Source: Lama glama (Eukaryota). From it: a stretch of DNA of 64,000 bases. Location of the stretch: positions 19,530,001 to 19,594,000 of the forward strand of contig CM052826.1 of assembly GCA_028534125.1 (NCBI GenBank), in the 5' to 3' direction. Positions 1-41,900 of the stretch are shown here, in pieces (positions within the stretch are counted from its first letter, which is position 1; every line of letters begins with the position of its first letter). Made by a program: the position numbers and the translations under genes. The notes under the pieces are model-generated. The model ran no database searches, was not told the origin of the DNA, and was given only the letters and a program-made list of their open reading frames with translations.

Positions 1-585
1 GCCGCCACGGGGCCCTCCTTTCCCTGCCCTCCCTGCACCTGCCCTGGGCCCTGGCTCCTTAAAAGTCTTCAAACTCTTGCAGTAGATGCGTCTCCCACCT
101 AGAAATAGTTGCTTGGCCCTCAACCCCCTCGGGCTACAGCGCGCCCCTCCCTCCGCAGCCCGACTTCCGCCCAAAGCCCCGCCCCTGCCCCAAAACTGTG
201 GCCGAGCCCCCGTCACCAAATCCAGTGTCCATGTTTTCCTCCTGAGCTCCTTTCTGACCAAGGACCATGGTCTCCTGTCCAAACCCCCTTCCATATGCCT
301 TCACACTAGAGAAGAGCTTGCTTTGCTCTTTTCTGGGCCAGCTCTCAAGAAAGGTCCCTCGGTCTGAAATCTGAAACCCAGGTGTCATCCTCAGCTTGCC
401 CACAAACTAATGAGTCACCTAATCCCATCTCAGATGCACCTGTTTCTCCAGCCTCCTCCCTGGCCTCCCTGCCTCCAGCCTCACTCCTTCCAACCCATCC
501 CTGCTCTGAGCATTAGTTCTCCAATCCCAGGCATCTGCCCTAACTTCATTCCCCCAACACCTGGCCTCCCTCCCTCTGTCCCCAG

Positions 586-3500
586 GACTGTCCCCCAGGC
601 TCCCAGGACTTCAGGGAAATGCAGTGCTCTGAATTTGACAGCGTTCCCTTCCGTGGGAAATTCTACACTTGGAAGACGTACCGAGGAGGTGTGTGGGGCA
701 CTCCCAAGGCCTTGAGGCAGTGGAGGGTGGCAGCAGGTGGAGACAGCATCACGGGGTCTGTCCTGAGCCCTTGCCTCACCCAAGGAGCCAGAGTGCCCTG
801 GATAAGCCTCAGCAGAGCCTGGACTGAACGCTTGGGGCTCCCCTACTCTCTCTGCACAACCTGCCCCTCCTTGTTGGGTCTGGGGTCTGGCCCTCTTGGC
901 CTCACCTCCCCCAGGGAACCACCAGGGAGTCGCAGGATTACGGCATGGGATCTGATGGGGCCGTGCCCCCCCAGGGGGCGTGAAGGCCTGCTCGCTCACG
1001 TGCCTAGCCGAAGGCTTCAACTTCTACACGGAGAGGGCGGCGGCTGTAGTGGACGGAACGCCCTGCCGCCCAGACACAGTGGACATTTGTGTCAGCGGCG
1101 AGTGCAAGGTGGGAGGGACTCCCGGGGGTGGGGGCGGAGGGAGTGGGAGGTTCCCTGACAACTCCCCCCCACTGTCCTCCCCAGCACGTGGGCTGTGACC
1201 GCGTCCTGGGCTCTGATCTCCGGGAGGACAAGTGCCGAGTGTGCGGGGGTGACGGCAGCGCCTGTGAAACCATCGAGGGGGTCTTCAGCTCAGCCTTGCT
1301 TGGGGCTGGTGAGAGATTCCTGCTTCCCTCTCAGACTCCACATTTAGTGGCCGAAAGCCAGGCTCACCCCAAGTAGCCAAGGGGCCTGGGAGGGTTGAGG
1401 GACCCCAAATGGTCCTCGGGGTACAGCAATGCCCCAGGTCAGGGTCAGGAACTGGCTTGGGCTCTGGTGCCTGAACCTTGGTGATCAATGTGTCCAAGGA
1501 GGTGGGGGCCTAAATCTCTCCCCTCCCCCATCCTGAGGGCCTCATGCTGGGTCTTGCAGGTAGAGGGGCGGGGGATCACTCTCCGAGGGGGCTGAGGGTC
1601 TATGCTCAAGCCAAAGCTTACTAGGGGCGAGTGTATCTACAGGGTGTGGTGAATTTGAGTGCTTCCCAGCCTTGGGCTTTAGGCAAGAGACCCTAGGGAG
1701 TGGTGGCTGGGAAGGTGGGCTTAGGGGACCAAGCCCACCTTAGGGGACACACTAGGGGCCAAGTGTGGAGTTCAGGGGACAGTGTGGGGGTCCAGACAGA
1801 TAAACCAGTAGTCGTGGGGGGCACAGGTGGAAAGGGATAGAGAGTTCACAGGGGCCCAAGATCATACAGGTAGTAAGTGATAGAACCTCCTGCATCCTTG
1901 ACTCAGACTGCTAAACCACCACACCCATATCAGCGCCCCATGGTACCCCCTTCTCTGCCCAAGCCCAGCCCAGCTGCTGGTTGGGGGCGTAGGGGGTGGA
2001 TTAGACCATTCTGGTGGTTAGAGAGGTACAAAAATTTGGATTCAAATCCCAGCCTGGCTACTTCCTAGCCATAAAAGCTAGGTAAATTTCTTTGCCTCTC
2101 AGAGCCTCCATTTTGTCATCAGTAAAATGGGCACACTGACACATGTACCTCACAGCTCCAGAGCTCGGGATGCAGGGGGCTGTCCCTGTAAGTGCTTAGC
2201 ATAGAAATGGTTAGCTGCTATCATCAGGGACCAGGAATAAGGGAGGCAGGCAGGTGCAGGGGACAGACGGAGTGGGTGACATCTGAGCTCTGCTGTCCAG
2301 GATACGAGGAAGTCGTCTGGATCCCCAAAGGCTCTGTCCACATTTTCATCCAGGACCTGAACCTCTCCGTCAGTCACGTGGGTGAGCCAGAAGTGGGAGG
2401 GTGAGGACTGTGAGTTGGCAGGGGGGTCAGTGTAGCTGCGGTTCTGACCCCTGTGCTGTCCCCCAGCCCTGAAGGGGGACCAGGAGTCCCTGCTGCTGGA
2501 GGGGCTGCCTGGCACCCCCCAGCCCCACCGCCTGCCTCTGGCTGGGACCACCTTTCAGCTGCGACAAGGGCCAGATCAGACACAGAGCCTCGAAGCCCTG
2601 GGACCCATTAACACATCTCTCATCATCATGGTAACAGCAGGGCTGGGAACAAGGTGCAGAAGGATATTAGCATCCTCGTGGGGACTCAAGCTTGACTTCC
2701 ATTTGATGCCCGCCCTCTACTCCAGGTGTTGGCCCGAACAGAGCTGCCTGCCCTCCGCTACCGTTTCAACGCGCCCATTGCCCGAGATGCCCTGCCCCCC
2801 TACTCCTGGCACTACGTGCCCTGGACGAAGTGCTCAGCCCAGTGTGCAGGCGGTGAGGCTAGCATGGGATGGCGGGGGGACAGGCACTGGTCGCCGGGCT
2901 GACCTTCTGGGCCAGGCAGGGCTGAGCGGGCCTCTCGCCCGCCCCCAGGCAGCCAGGTGCAGGCCGTGGAGTGCCGCAGTCAGCTGGACAGCTCAGCCGT
3001 GGCCCCCCACCACTGCAGTGCCCACAGCAAGCTGCCCAGGAGGCAGCGTGCCTGCAACACGGAGCCTTGCCCACCAGAGTGAGTGCCGGTCGGGGTGCGG
3101 GGTCGGCGTGACAAGCCCCGGGGTGATATGCTCCCTAAGGCGAGATCAGGGTTCTCCCAGATTCAGAACCACGGTCCTCCCTAGTCAAGTCTGGGTAATC
3201 ATCTCCCCTTGGGGTGATGCACCTCCCCGCCCCCAATCTGGGTGCAAAATTTTGCTGTTCAAGTTCTGGATGGGAAGCAACAGGCATCCCGCTGCCAGTT
3301 TCCATAATGATGCTGGTTGTAAGGCAGGAGGACCTGTTAGTGCTCCAGGTTCAGGGGTCCCTGCCCTGCGTACTCTCAGACCCCCATCCCCCTCCCCACA
3401 GCTGGGTTGTAGGGAACTGGTCGCGCTGCAGCCGCAGCTGTGATGCGGGTGTGCGCAGTCGCTCTGTCGTGTGCCAGCGCCGCGTGTCGGCCGCCGAGGA

Positions 3501-4275
3501 GAAGGCGCTGGACGACAGCGCGTGTCCGCAGCCGCGCCCGCCGGTGCTGGAGGCCTGCCACGGCCCCGCCTGCCCGCCGGAGTGGGCCGCCCTCGACTGG
3601 TCGGAGGTCAGCCGCCCCTTCCCGCCGGCGCCCGACCCACTCCCCGCGCAGAGCCGGGCGGGGCCTGGGTGGCTCCCGTCGGGTGCCCACCAAGGCACCT
3701 CCCCACTCCCGCTAGCCCAAGTGAGCCCCCCTTGACTGGTCCAAAGTCAGCTGCACCGTCTTCACCTCCCACTGTACTAGCATCCTCCCTACTCCTTGGG
3801 CGAGCGGGGACAGGGACGCCCACTGAGCCTGAAACCCCCTCCTCCGACTGCAGTGCACCCCCAGCTGCGGCCCAGGCCTCCGCCACCGTGTCGTCCTTTG
3901 TAAGAGCGCAGACCACCGCGCCACGCTGCCCCCCGCGCACTGCCCGCCCGCAGCCAAGCCGCCGGCCACCATGCGCTGCAACCTGCGCCGCTGCCCACCG
4001 GCCCGCTGGGTGGCTGGCGAGTGGGGCGAGGTAAGCGCGTGTGCCCCGAGGGCCTGGGAACCAGGGTGGGGACGGTGGGACGGCCAGGTGGCGGCTCATC
4101 GCCCACTCCCCGCAGTGCTCTGCTCAGTGCGGCTTTGGGCAGCAACAGCGCCCCGTGCGCTGCTCCAGCCACACGGGCCAGCCATCACGCGAGTGCGCCG
4201 AGGCTCTACGGCCACCCGCCACGCAGCAGTGCGAGGCCAGGTGCGACAGCGCGCCTCCTGGGGACGGCCTGGAAG
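586..4275 (+). CDS. ADAMTS10: ADAMTS10 metalloprotease, 3' part (Cys-rich, spacer, TSR2-5). The final PLAC-domain exon is presumably in gap 5426-5557.
   Basis: GT-AG exons in continuous frame: 586-688, 975-1108, 1185-1308, 2301-2381, 2467-2630, 2726-2852, 2949-3078, 3402-3606, 3854-4030, 4116-4275. Peptides [63 protein letters not shown] and [15 protein letters not shown] match ADAMTS10. The 5' exons lie upstream of the window. Confidence 0.97.
2010..2215 (+). mobile_element. MIR SINE fragment. Similar MIR pieces at about 11800-11900, 12350-12540, 15830-15950, 38820-38930, 46900-47020, 54920-55080 and 62930-63090.
   Basis: MIR core 'ttcaaatcccagc...gcctctcagagcctccattttgtcatcagtaaaatggg...taagtgcttagc'. 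Confidence 0.7.
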
Positions 4276-4597
4276 GTATGTGGGGGCGGGAAGCCCAGAG
4301 GCACCAGCAGGGCCCTGTTCTGAGGCAGCCGTAGGAGAGAGTGGGGGTCCTGACCAGTCCTAGAACTTTTCCAATCCCTGAAATGCCTTTCTCTGTCTTC
4401 TCCAGACCATCTTTCACCCTCCCCTGCCTGCAAACGTGTATTAGATGCTGCCATGTGCCAAGCGTTTTAGGCACCTGATTTTTCTGGGGACCCGACCTCA
4501 GGTCCTTTCTCCAACCACCTCCATGACCTTCACCCTATTCTTTTCCATCTAGAACATTATTTGCCTAAGTTTTTTTTTTTTAATCTTTTCTTTAAAT

Positions 4598-4810
4598 CAG
4601 AGTGTCTCAGCCTCAGGCACCATTGATGTTGTAGACCAGGTGTCCTTTGTTGTGGGAATGCCCTGTGCATTGTAGGCTGTTCAGCAGGCTTGATCTCTAC
4701 CTGTTAGGTGCCATTAGTACCCCTCCTCCCAGTGGTGAAAACTGAAAATGTCTCCACACATTGCCAAATATCCCCAGGGAGACAAAATTGCATCCCCTTG
4801 TCAACCACTG
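4598..4810. mobile_element. MER20-like hAT-Charlie DNA transposon
   Basis: CAG...CACTG termini, body containing 'aaaatgtctccacacattgccaaatatcccc', and a perfect 8-bp TSD CTTTAAAT (4590-4597 and 4811-4818). Confidence 0.85.
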
Positions 4811-5425
4811 CTTTAAATATACCCCCCTTTTTTTTTTCTTCCTAAGCAAATTTATTTTTCATAAAGAGCAATATAGATTACTTACTCCAGGCATCGGAAT
4901 CAAACTGCCTGTATTCACTTTCTACCTCTGTGCCTTCATTTTCTTATGGGGGGGGTTAATATATTCACTCGGAGGAAGGGGGGTGCCACACTAGAGAGAG
5001 AGACTTAATCCACGTGAAGCCCTTTGTTAGCACCAGGCCCTGTCCTACTTCACTAACTGGTGGGTAGGTGGAAGCCTGCATCCCTTGTCATGAACAGCCT
5101 GCCAATGATCCTGAACACGAAATACACAAATATTCTGAAAGGGGTGAGCGCACTGGAGCTCGAGGTCCTGTCTGTTACAAAGGGTAACGAACAAGAATTA
5201 CAGCCCCAAAAGGATACTTGGAAAAGGAACACTTCTCTTATGATTTAATACGGTATCCAAATCCCAGACCTGCACTCTCTGAAAATTCTCTGAACAACCT
5301 AATGACGTAGTTACTATTGAAGCCCCCTTTGAGAGGTGAGGAAACCGAGGCCCGGAGAAGCTGGGAAGCGCGGTGAGGGCGGCGGTCGCTCCCTTGCGGA
5401 AGGGATACGCTGAGACATTTCCCTC

Positions 5426-5557
5426 NNNNNNNNNNNNNNNNNNNNNNNNNNNNNNNNNNNNNNNNNNNNNNNNNNNNNNNNNNNNNNNNNNNNNNNNNNN
5501 NNNNNNNNNNNNNNNNNNNNNNNNNNNNNNNNNNNNNNNNNNNNNNNNNNNNNNNNN
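5426..5557. other. Assembly gap. The others are 13749-14248, 18860-18989, 27605-27739, 44734-44873, 57574-57756, 60351-60570 and 60655-60810.
   Basis: Runs of N; several cover coding sequence. Confidence 0.99.
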
Positions 5558-6169
5558 CGGCCTTCGGAGCTACAGTTGAGCGCCAGCTGGGAGTGGGGGG
5601 ACCAGCCTGCAGCTGGCCAGCCCGAAGGAGCCCGAGGGGGCGGGAGCTGGGAGTGAAGGGTGAGATAGAGCCGGAGGTTATTTATTGGGAACCCCTGCAG
5701 GGCCCCCGGTGGGGGTTGGAGAGGGGCTGGCCATGCCCAGGGCCACTCCTCTGTCCCTCTCCCAGTTCATAGTGAGACCTCCCTCCTGGGTGGGTTTGAG
5801 GTGGGAACAACTGTTCACCCTAGCGCCCTTTCCACCCATCCTTAGCGAGTACCCAACACTACCCCCGCCTTTGATCGGAATACGTACTGTGAAGAGTGGG
5901 GGTGGGAAGGGGGTCAGCCATTGCCCTGGCCCCACCAGCACTGCCCTACCCCTCCACTTTGAGCGGGGGGGGGGGGTCTCTGTCCGCTATGGGGGAGGGG
6001 ATTAGCACCACCTCCCTGACTCCCTCCCCCTGACCAGACCAGCTACAGGGGTGACGAAGAGCTGGTTAGATCTGCCCCAGGGGGACCCCATCTTCCAGGC
6101 CTACCCCCATCATGGTGCTACAGGCCCTGCCCTGGGGCCCAAACACCCCTCGCCAGGAAGCCCTACATC

Positions 6170-6175
6170 AATAAA
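6170..6175 (+). terminator. ADAMTS10 polyadenylation signal
   Basis: AATAAA followed by a GT-rich downstream element (about 6205-6230), roughly 600 nt after the gap expected to hold the stop codon. Confidence 0.8.
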
Positions 6176-6751
6176 GTTCTGTCTTGTGTAGATTTCCGTG
6201 CGAGGTTGTGTGTGTGCGTGTGCGTCCGTGGTCACATTCAGCTGTCCCTCAACCCTCACCCCATCCTGGAAGCGGCCACAGCCGCTCACAGGTGGCCCCC
6301 AGCAGCCCAAAGGGGGATTTTACTAACACAGGCCGGAGCCCGGTGATTTTAGGTCAAAAATACAGCTTCTCACGGAGGCTCTCAAAGCAACCCAGTCTGT
6401 CGCCTGCCATCCCAGTGACCACACTCCTCGTCACTGTGCATATTCCAGCCGCACTAGACTCCTGGAAGTTCCTCAATCTCCCACCACCGTCCCATCTTGA
6501 GGCTTCTGCTAGAGCTGTTTCCTCTGCCAGAGGTATCCTCCCCTTCCCTCTTCACCTGGTGAACCCCCACTCACCCTGCTGTCTCAGTACAAACGGTGCC
6601 TCCACCCAGAAGCCTACCCTGATGCCCCCAACAAGGTGAGGTTCTTCACTCCTAGTGTCTAGAGGCGGTGTTGAGTTTTGCGAGAGCCAAGCCAGTCGGT
6701 TCAGCAAACTTGAGCGGGCGATCCGGGGAGAAACAGGCTCCTCCCCATGTG

Positions 6752-6770
6752 TGCCCACTAGGGGGCGCCG
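6752..6770 (+). promoter_or_regulatory. CTCF consensus site between the ADAMTS10 3' end and the MYO1F promoter
   Basis: TGCCCACTAGGGGGCGCCG matches the CTCF core consensus and lies in a CpG-rich patch. Confidence 0.7.
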
Positions 6771-7539
6771 CGGAGCGCCACCCTCCAGGCCGGATGCTGT
6801 GTGCCGCCCGGGGCTCAGGGATATCCCTAGCCGCCGGCTCTCCCCGGTCGGACTTCTGTCTCCGCCACCTCCTCGCTGGGTGGCACGAGGAGGTGATAGC
6901 CTCTCGGAACTGCCATTTCCTCAAATGCCTAGAGACCCGGACGTGGCCTGCTGGTCTCCCAAAGATCAGGAGATGGGCCAACACTGGATGGATCCCTTGT
7001 GTGCCGGGCGCTGCTGGGAGGGCCCCCGCCTCCGTTTTATGATGAGGAAATGGGGGAGATCTCGGAACTAGCAGAGCTGGGGGGCTTGGAATTCCAGTTG
7101 ACATCCAAAGTCTGGGACCTTCAGGGTGTCCCTGGGTCTTGGCACCCTCCACTCCCGCTGCCCTCCCCCTGACACCAACACAGGTGGCTCCCGGGTCCCT
7201 TCTGGAAGAAGGACCTGTAGAGGTGGCTCTGGAAGTGGGAGCTGGCTCAGGGATGCCCAGAACGGACACACACCCGAAGTGATTTCCAAGAGATCTCAGC
7301 AGCTCAGATGCCTCCTGGGGGTGCCCCTGGAGAGAGCAGTCAGTCCTGCAGCTAGCTGATCTGCATGCTGTTTGCTGCAGCCGCGACCTGGCAAAGTTGG
7401 AGATGCAGCTTTCTGGGGTCTGACAGCCGCTGCCATCGATTCTGACCTCTCCCTTCAGGCTCAGAGCCCCAGACAACCAGCTGCCTCGGCCCCATCTAGG
7501 CTCTCTCCCCGCCCCCAGGGCCCAGCTTCCCTCCTCTGT

Positions 7540-7723
7540 AGCCGCGGGCCCCTCCCGTCAAAGGAAGTGAGAAGGGGGCTGTTGTAAGAGGAACCAGGGC
7601 TGGGAGTCCGCTGAAAGAGCAGGAGCAGGGCCATGCCCGAGCCGCCCCCAGGAGCCCCCTGAGCCTGTACCCCCACCACCACCATTCAGGCTCCCCCCAG
7701 GGGCCCAGAAAACGACCCCCACC
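7540..7723 (+). promoter_or_regulatory. MYO1F promoter/5'UTR with ETS/PU.1 motifs
   Basis: AAAGGAAGTG (about 7560-7569) and AGAGGAAC upstream of CCACCATG|gtaagt. MYO1F is known to be haematopoietic-restricted. Confidence 0.6.
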
Positions 7724-38416
<30,693 letters not shown>

Positions 38417-38761
38417 GCTGGATGGGGCTCAGATCTGCCTGCCCTCCCGCTATCTGCCAGGCCCTGCAATGGGGTCTCGCTTGCCTTGGCTATGCTGGCC
38501 AGAGGTCCAGTCCTGGGGCCTCCAGCGCAGCCTAGCCCACACCCTGGGTCTAGGGGTCACCACTGTAGCCACCCACAGGGCCCTGGCCACCCAATCCTCT
38601 GTCATACCCATCTCCTCCTGTGCCAAACAGGGCAAAGAGCAGAACCTACCTCCCAGCTGCCTTGTGAACACAAAATGAGTTGTGTCCAGTAGGCAAATTG
38701 CCAGGCACAGTCAGGGGGACCTTGACAAGTGTGACTTCCCTCCTTCTCTCATCACGGAGGC

Positions 38762-38767
38762 AATAAA
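38762..38767 (+). terminator. MYO1F polyadenylation signal
   Basis: First AATAAA, about 350 nt after the stop codon. Confidence 0.7.
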
Positions 38768-40059
38768 TATTTGCCGGGTGAAAACATGAATTAACTGAGT
38801 GCCAACAAGGACTACCTCCTCACAGCCCTGTGAGGTAGGAGCCTTGAATATCCCATTTTACAGATGGAAAAATGGACCCGGAGAGCTTTAGTCACTCACC
38901 TGAGATTCTACAGAGCCAAGTCTTAAGCTCATTTATCCTCCTTTCCCTCACAAAGCTTGAGTTTGTCTCACCTGCCAGGTTCCAGAAGCTGCATGCCAGC
39001 TTTCCTGCAGAAAATGTTCCAGTGGGTCCCGTCAGCTTTGAATCTGTACCTCCAAAACCCATCTGGGAACCAACTGGACCCCATGGAAGGAGGCAGGTCC
39101 CACATGGCCTCCCACAATCCACTTGGGCCACCCCTGGACCCTGTCCCTCACCCTCTGTTTGTATGGAGCCAGATTGGTGGGGTCAGAGAAGGGACAGGGG
39201 CTGGACCAGGGGAGGGGGAGGCAGAGAGATTGTGGGGTTTTCTGGAGGAGCCAAGAAGGATGCAAAGGGTCAGTCCCACCAGATCTTGATGGCAAATACC
39301 ACCCACTGTGATGGGAGGACTTCAGGCAGGGGACTGGAGGATGGGAGATGCGGTATCAAAGAAAGACTGGTCTGCAGAATCTTCTGCAGGATCTGCACCT
39401 TGTCTCTTCTGCACCTACTTTGGGAAGCTGAGTGTGGCTGGAAAAAAAATAAAATCCCAATTTTGCAACTGGGTCTCAGCAGCCTTTTAATTAGCCAGTC
39501 ATTCTACAAAAGCATTTAACCAGTCCCTTGAATGTCCTTGGTTCCCTCCATCTCTGATTTTCGTCCCTCCACTGCCCAACCACCACTGAGCATTGCTCTC
39601 TGAAAGACTTAAGATTCGAGGACAGACTGGGCAAGGACTGTGGGAGCCACAACCTCATCAGCTGGGCATTTCCTGGTGCTACAGGGGGATGAGGGCCTCT
39701 GTCTCCCTTCTCTACCCTAGAACTCACCATGCAGGCTGCCCCCCACTCCTGGTACTTTGGGGTACAGCCCTGTGGCCCCACCGGCATGGCTGCACCCTAT
39801 TTGCAAGAAATAGGGCCTTTCCGGCAGGACAAATGGCTGAGATTCGGGCAGGGCACTGGGGATGAAGAAGGGAGTGGGTTTGACATATTCTACATCATCT
39901 TCAGACTGCAAACCTCAGTCACCTTGGCCCCACCCACTAGGCAACATCCTGTTGACTCTTTTACAAAATTTCTTAAGTCCAGGCCCTCCTCTCCCTTTCT
40001 TGGTTCCCTGTCCTTTCTGAGACCTCACCCCACCCTTCCCCAGGTTGCACCAGCCTCCC

Positions 40060-40061
<2 letters not shown>

Positions 40062-40099
<38 letters not shown>

Positions 40100-40102
40100 G
40101 CG
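40062..40102. repeat. (CA)n microsatellite ending in (CG)3; a second (CA)n at about 41060-41082
   Basis: Directly visible in the sequence. Confidence 0.95.
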
Positions 40103-40519
40103 CCTCCACCTCGCATCAAAATGATATGGTTTTTTTAATTAATGAGTTCTTAACCATATTAATGATAATCAAAAGAGAACAGTTTTTCAATTCCAGCAGC
40201 CCTTAAGTGTGAAAAATCTGTCTTCCCCTCACTCAAAAATTCCTGTCCCCCTCCCCAGTATGTTAATGTCTCCTTCTAATGGTAAACTTTGCATATAAAA
40301 GCAGGCTGGTACATAGATAGAAATACATTGCATATAAAGTCTATGCTTGCTGAGAACTTAACACCTCTTGAATGGTTAAATAATCTTTTATAGAGATCTG
40401 AGGTCAAAGATCCACTTTACAGTCCCCACAATAATCCGCCCTCCAAACAAACACCGGTGATCAGATGGTGTACCTCCTCCTGCCAAAAATTGAGTGGCTA
40501 GAATAGAGACCACACTTCT

Positions 40520-41000
40520 CTCTTTCCACGGTTCCCAAGGCCCCTGCATAAGCTTCCTTGCACCATGTTCACTTTCTGACCTCCTCACCCTGCCTCCACT
40601 CTGCTCCAGTAATGTGCTGATCATCTCACTGTTTCTTGAAAAAGACAAGCTGTCCCTCTCCAACTCAGGCCACTTGCACCAGCTATCCACTCTTCCCAGA
40701 GCACTCTGGCCACCTGAACTTCCATTGGCTCACTCCTTCCTGATCATCAGGCCACAGCTCAGAAGTCACTCACAGACTCACAGAGAAACTTCCCTGACCA
40801 ATCACCATCACATCCTTCTGTTTGTCTGTTTGTTTTCCTTGTAACACTTAATATAACATAAGATCGTTTTCTGCATTTGTCGATTCACTGTTCGCTTCCC
40901 CATTTTAAAATTGAGCGGCTCCTCAGGGAGTGGATGTCTGTCCTGTTCATCGCGAGGTCCCCAGCGCCTAGCACACAGTAAGCATTCAAGGATCGTAGGC
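40520..41000 (+). mobile_element. L2 LINE fragment. Further L2 pieces at about 18290-18450 and 50370-51000.
   Basis: L2 3'-end motifs 'ctcactccttcctgatcatcaggccacagctcag...cccagcgcctagcacacagtaagcattcaa'. Confidence 0.6.
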
Positions 41001-41439
41001 CGAATAGGTGACTCATTGTATGCTGGTACACCCAGTGTTCTCTGTCCATCCTCCTGGAAACACACACACACACACACACACACCTTTCCATCCTGTTCTG
41101 TTTGTCCAGAGGACGGACAGGTAGCTTGCTTCCTGCCCTTGGCTATCTCAACTGACCCATTCCAATTTCAGAACTAAGCGCATTGGGAATTTTGGCAATT
41201 TCCAATTTCGCTTCAAAGAGGCGGCTCACTCAGCAAGGCCTCTTTAAAAAACAAAACTGTTACCCCCTTTCCAGGTAGGGTGACAGGACGGGAGGGAATG
41301 AAGATGCTCACTTTGCAGACGAGGACACAGAGGCCCAGGAAGATTTTAATCGCAGACTTGTGCGCATAGACTCTGTTAAAAGTGCACCCCGAAGACTGCC
41401 TTTGGCTTGCAAGTCCGCACCTGCGAAGGCACTGCAGTC

Positions 41440-41900
41440 CAGGAGCATCCCGGCTCTCACGCCCCGCCCCTTCGCGGAGCACCGTACGCAGGCCCCGCCC
41501 CAGTTCTCGCGAGATCTGGAAGGCGAAAAATGGCGCCGACGTGAGCGCGAGCCCCCGGCCGTCAAAGGAATTGCCGCAGCCTTAGTTGGAGCCGCTGGAA
41601 CCGCGGGAACAAGAGGCCGAACGGGCCCGAGGATGGTGAGCGCGGCGCCGGGGGCGCGGACGCGGCGAACCAGCGGGGACTGGCGGGAAGCGGCCCTGTA
41701 GCGCACACAGCCTCTGGCCGACCCCGCCCCCACATCCGGGCCCTCGCTCGCCGCTGGCTGTCACTCGAGGAGCACCCTACCCCCTACTTCCGGTCCTGGC
41801 TTCGACTGGGCCACGCCCACAGGGCTCGGGCACCGCCCACCTGATCTTTATACAGCCAGGCCCCCAGCACCTCCAGTTCGCCTGCCCAGCTCGAGCCCGG
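41440..41900 (+). promoter_or_regulatory. ZNF414 CpG-island promoter
   Basis: High CpG density, GC boxes at 41461-41470 and 41492-41501, palindrome TCTCGCGAGA at 41505-41514, YY1-type AAAATGGCG at 41527-41535. Confidence 0.85.

Noticed and set aside
4276-5557. ADAMTS10 truncation (no PLAC domain visible)
   Set aside because: The expected last exon coincides with the N gap, so its absence is uninformative
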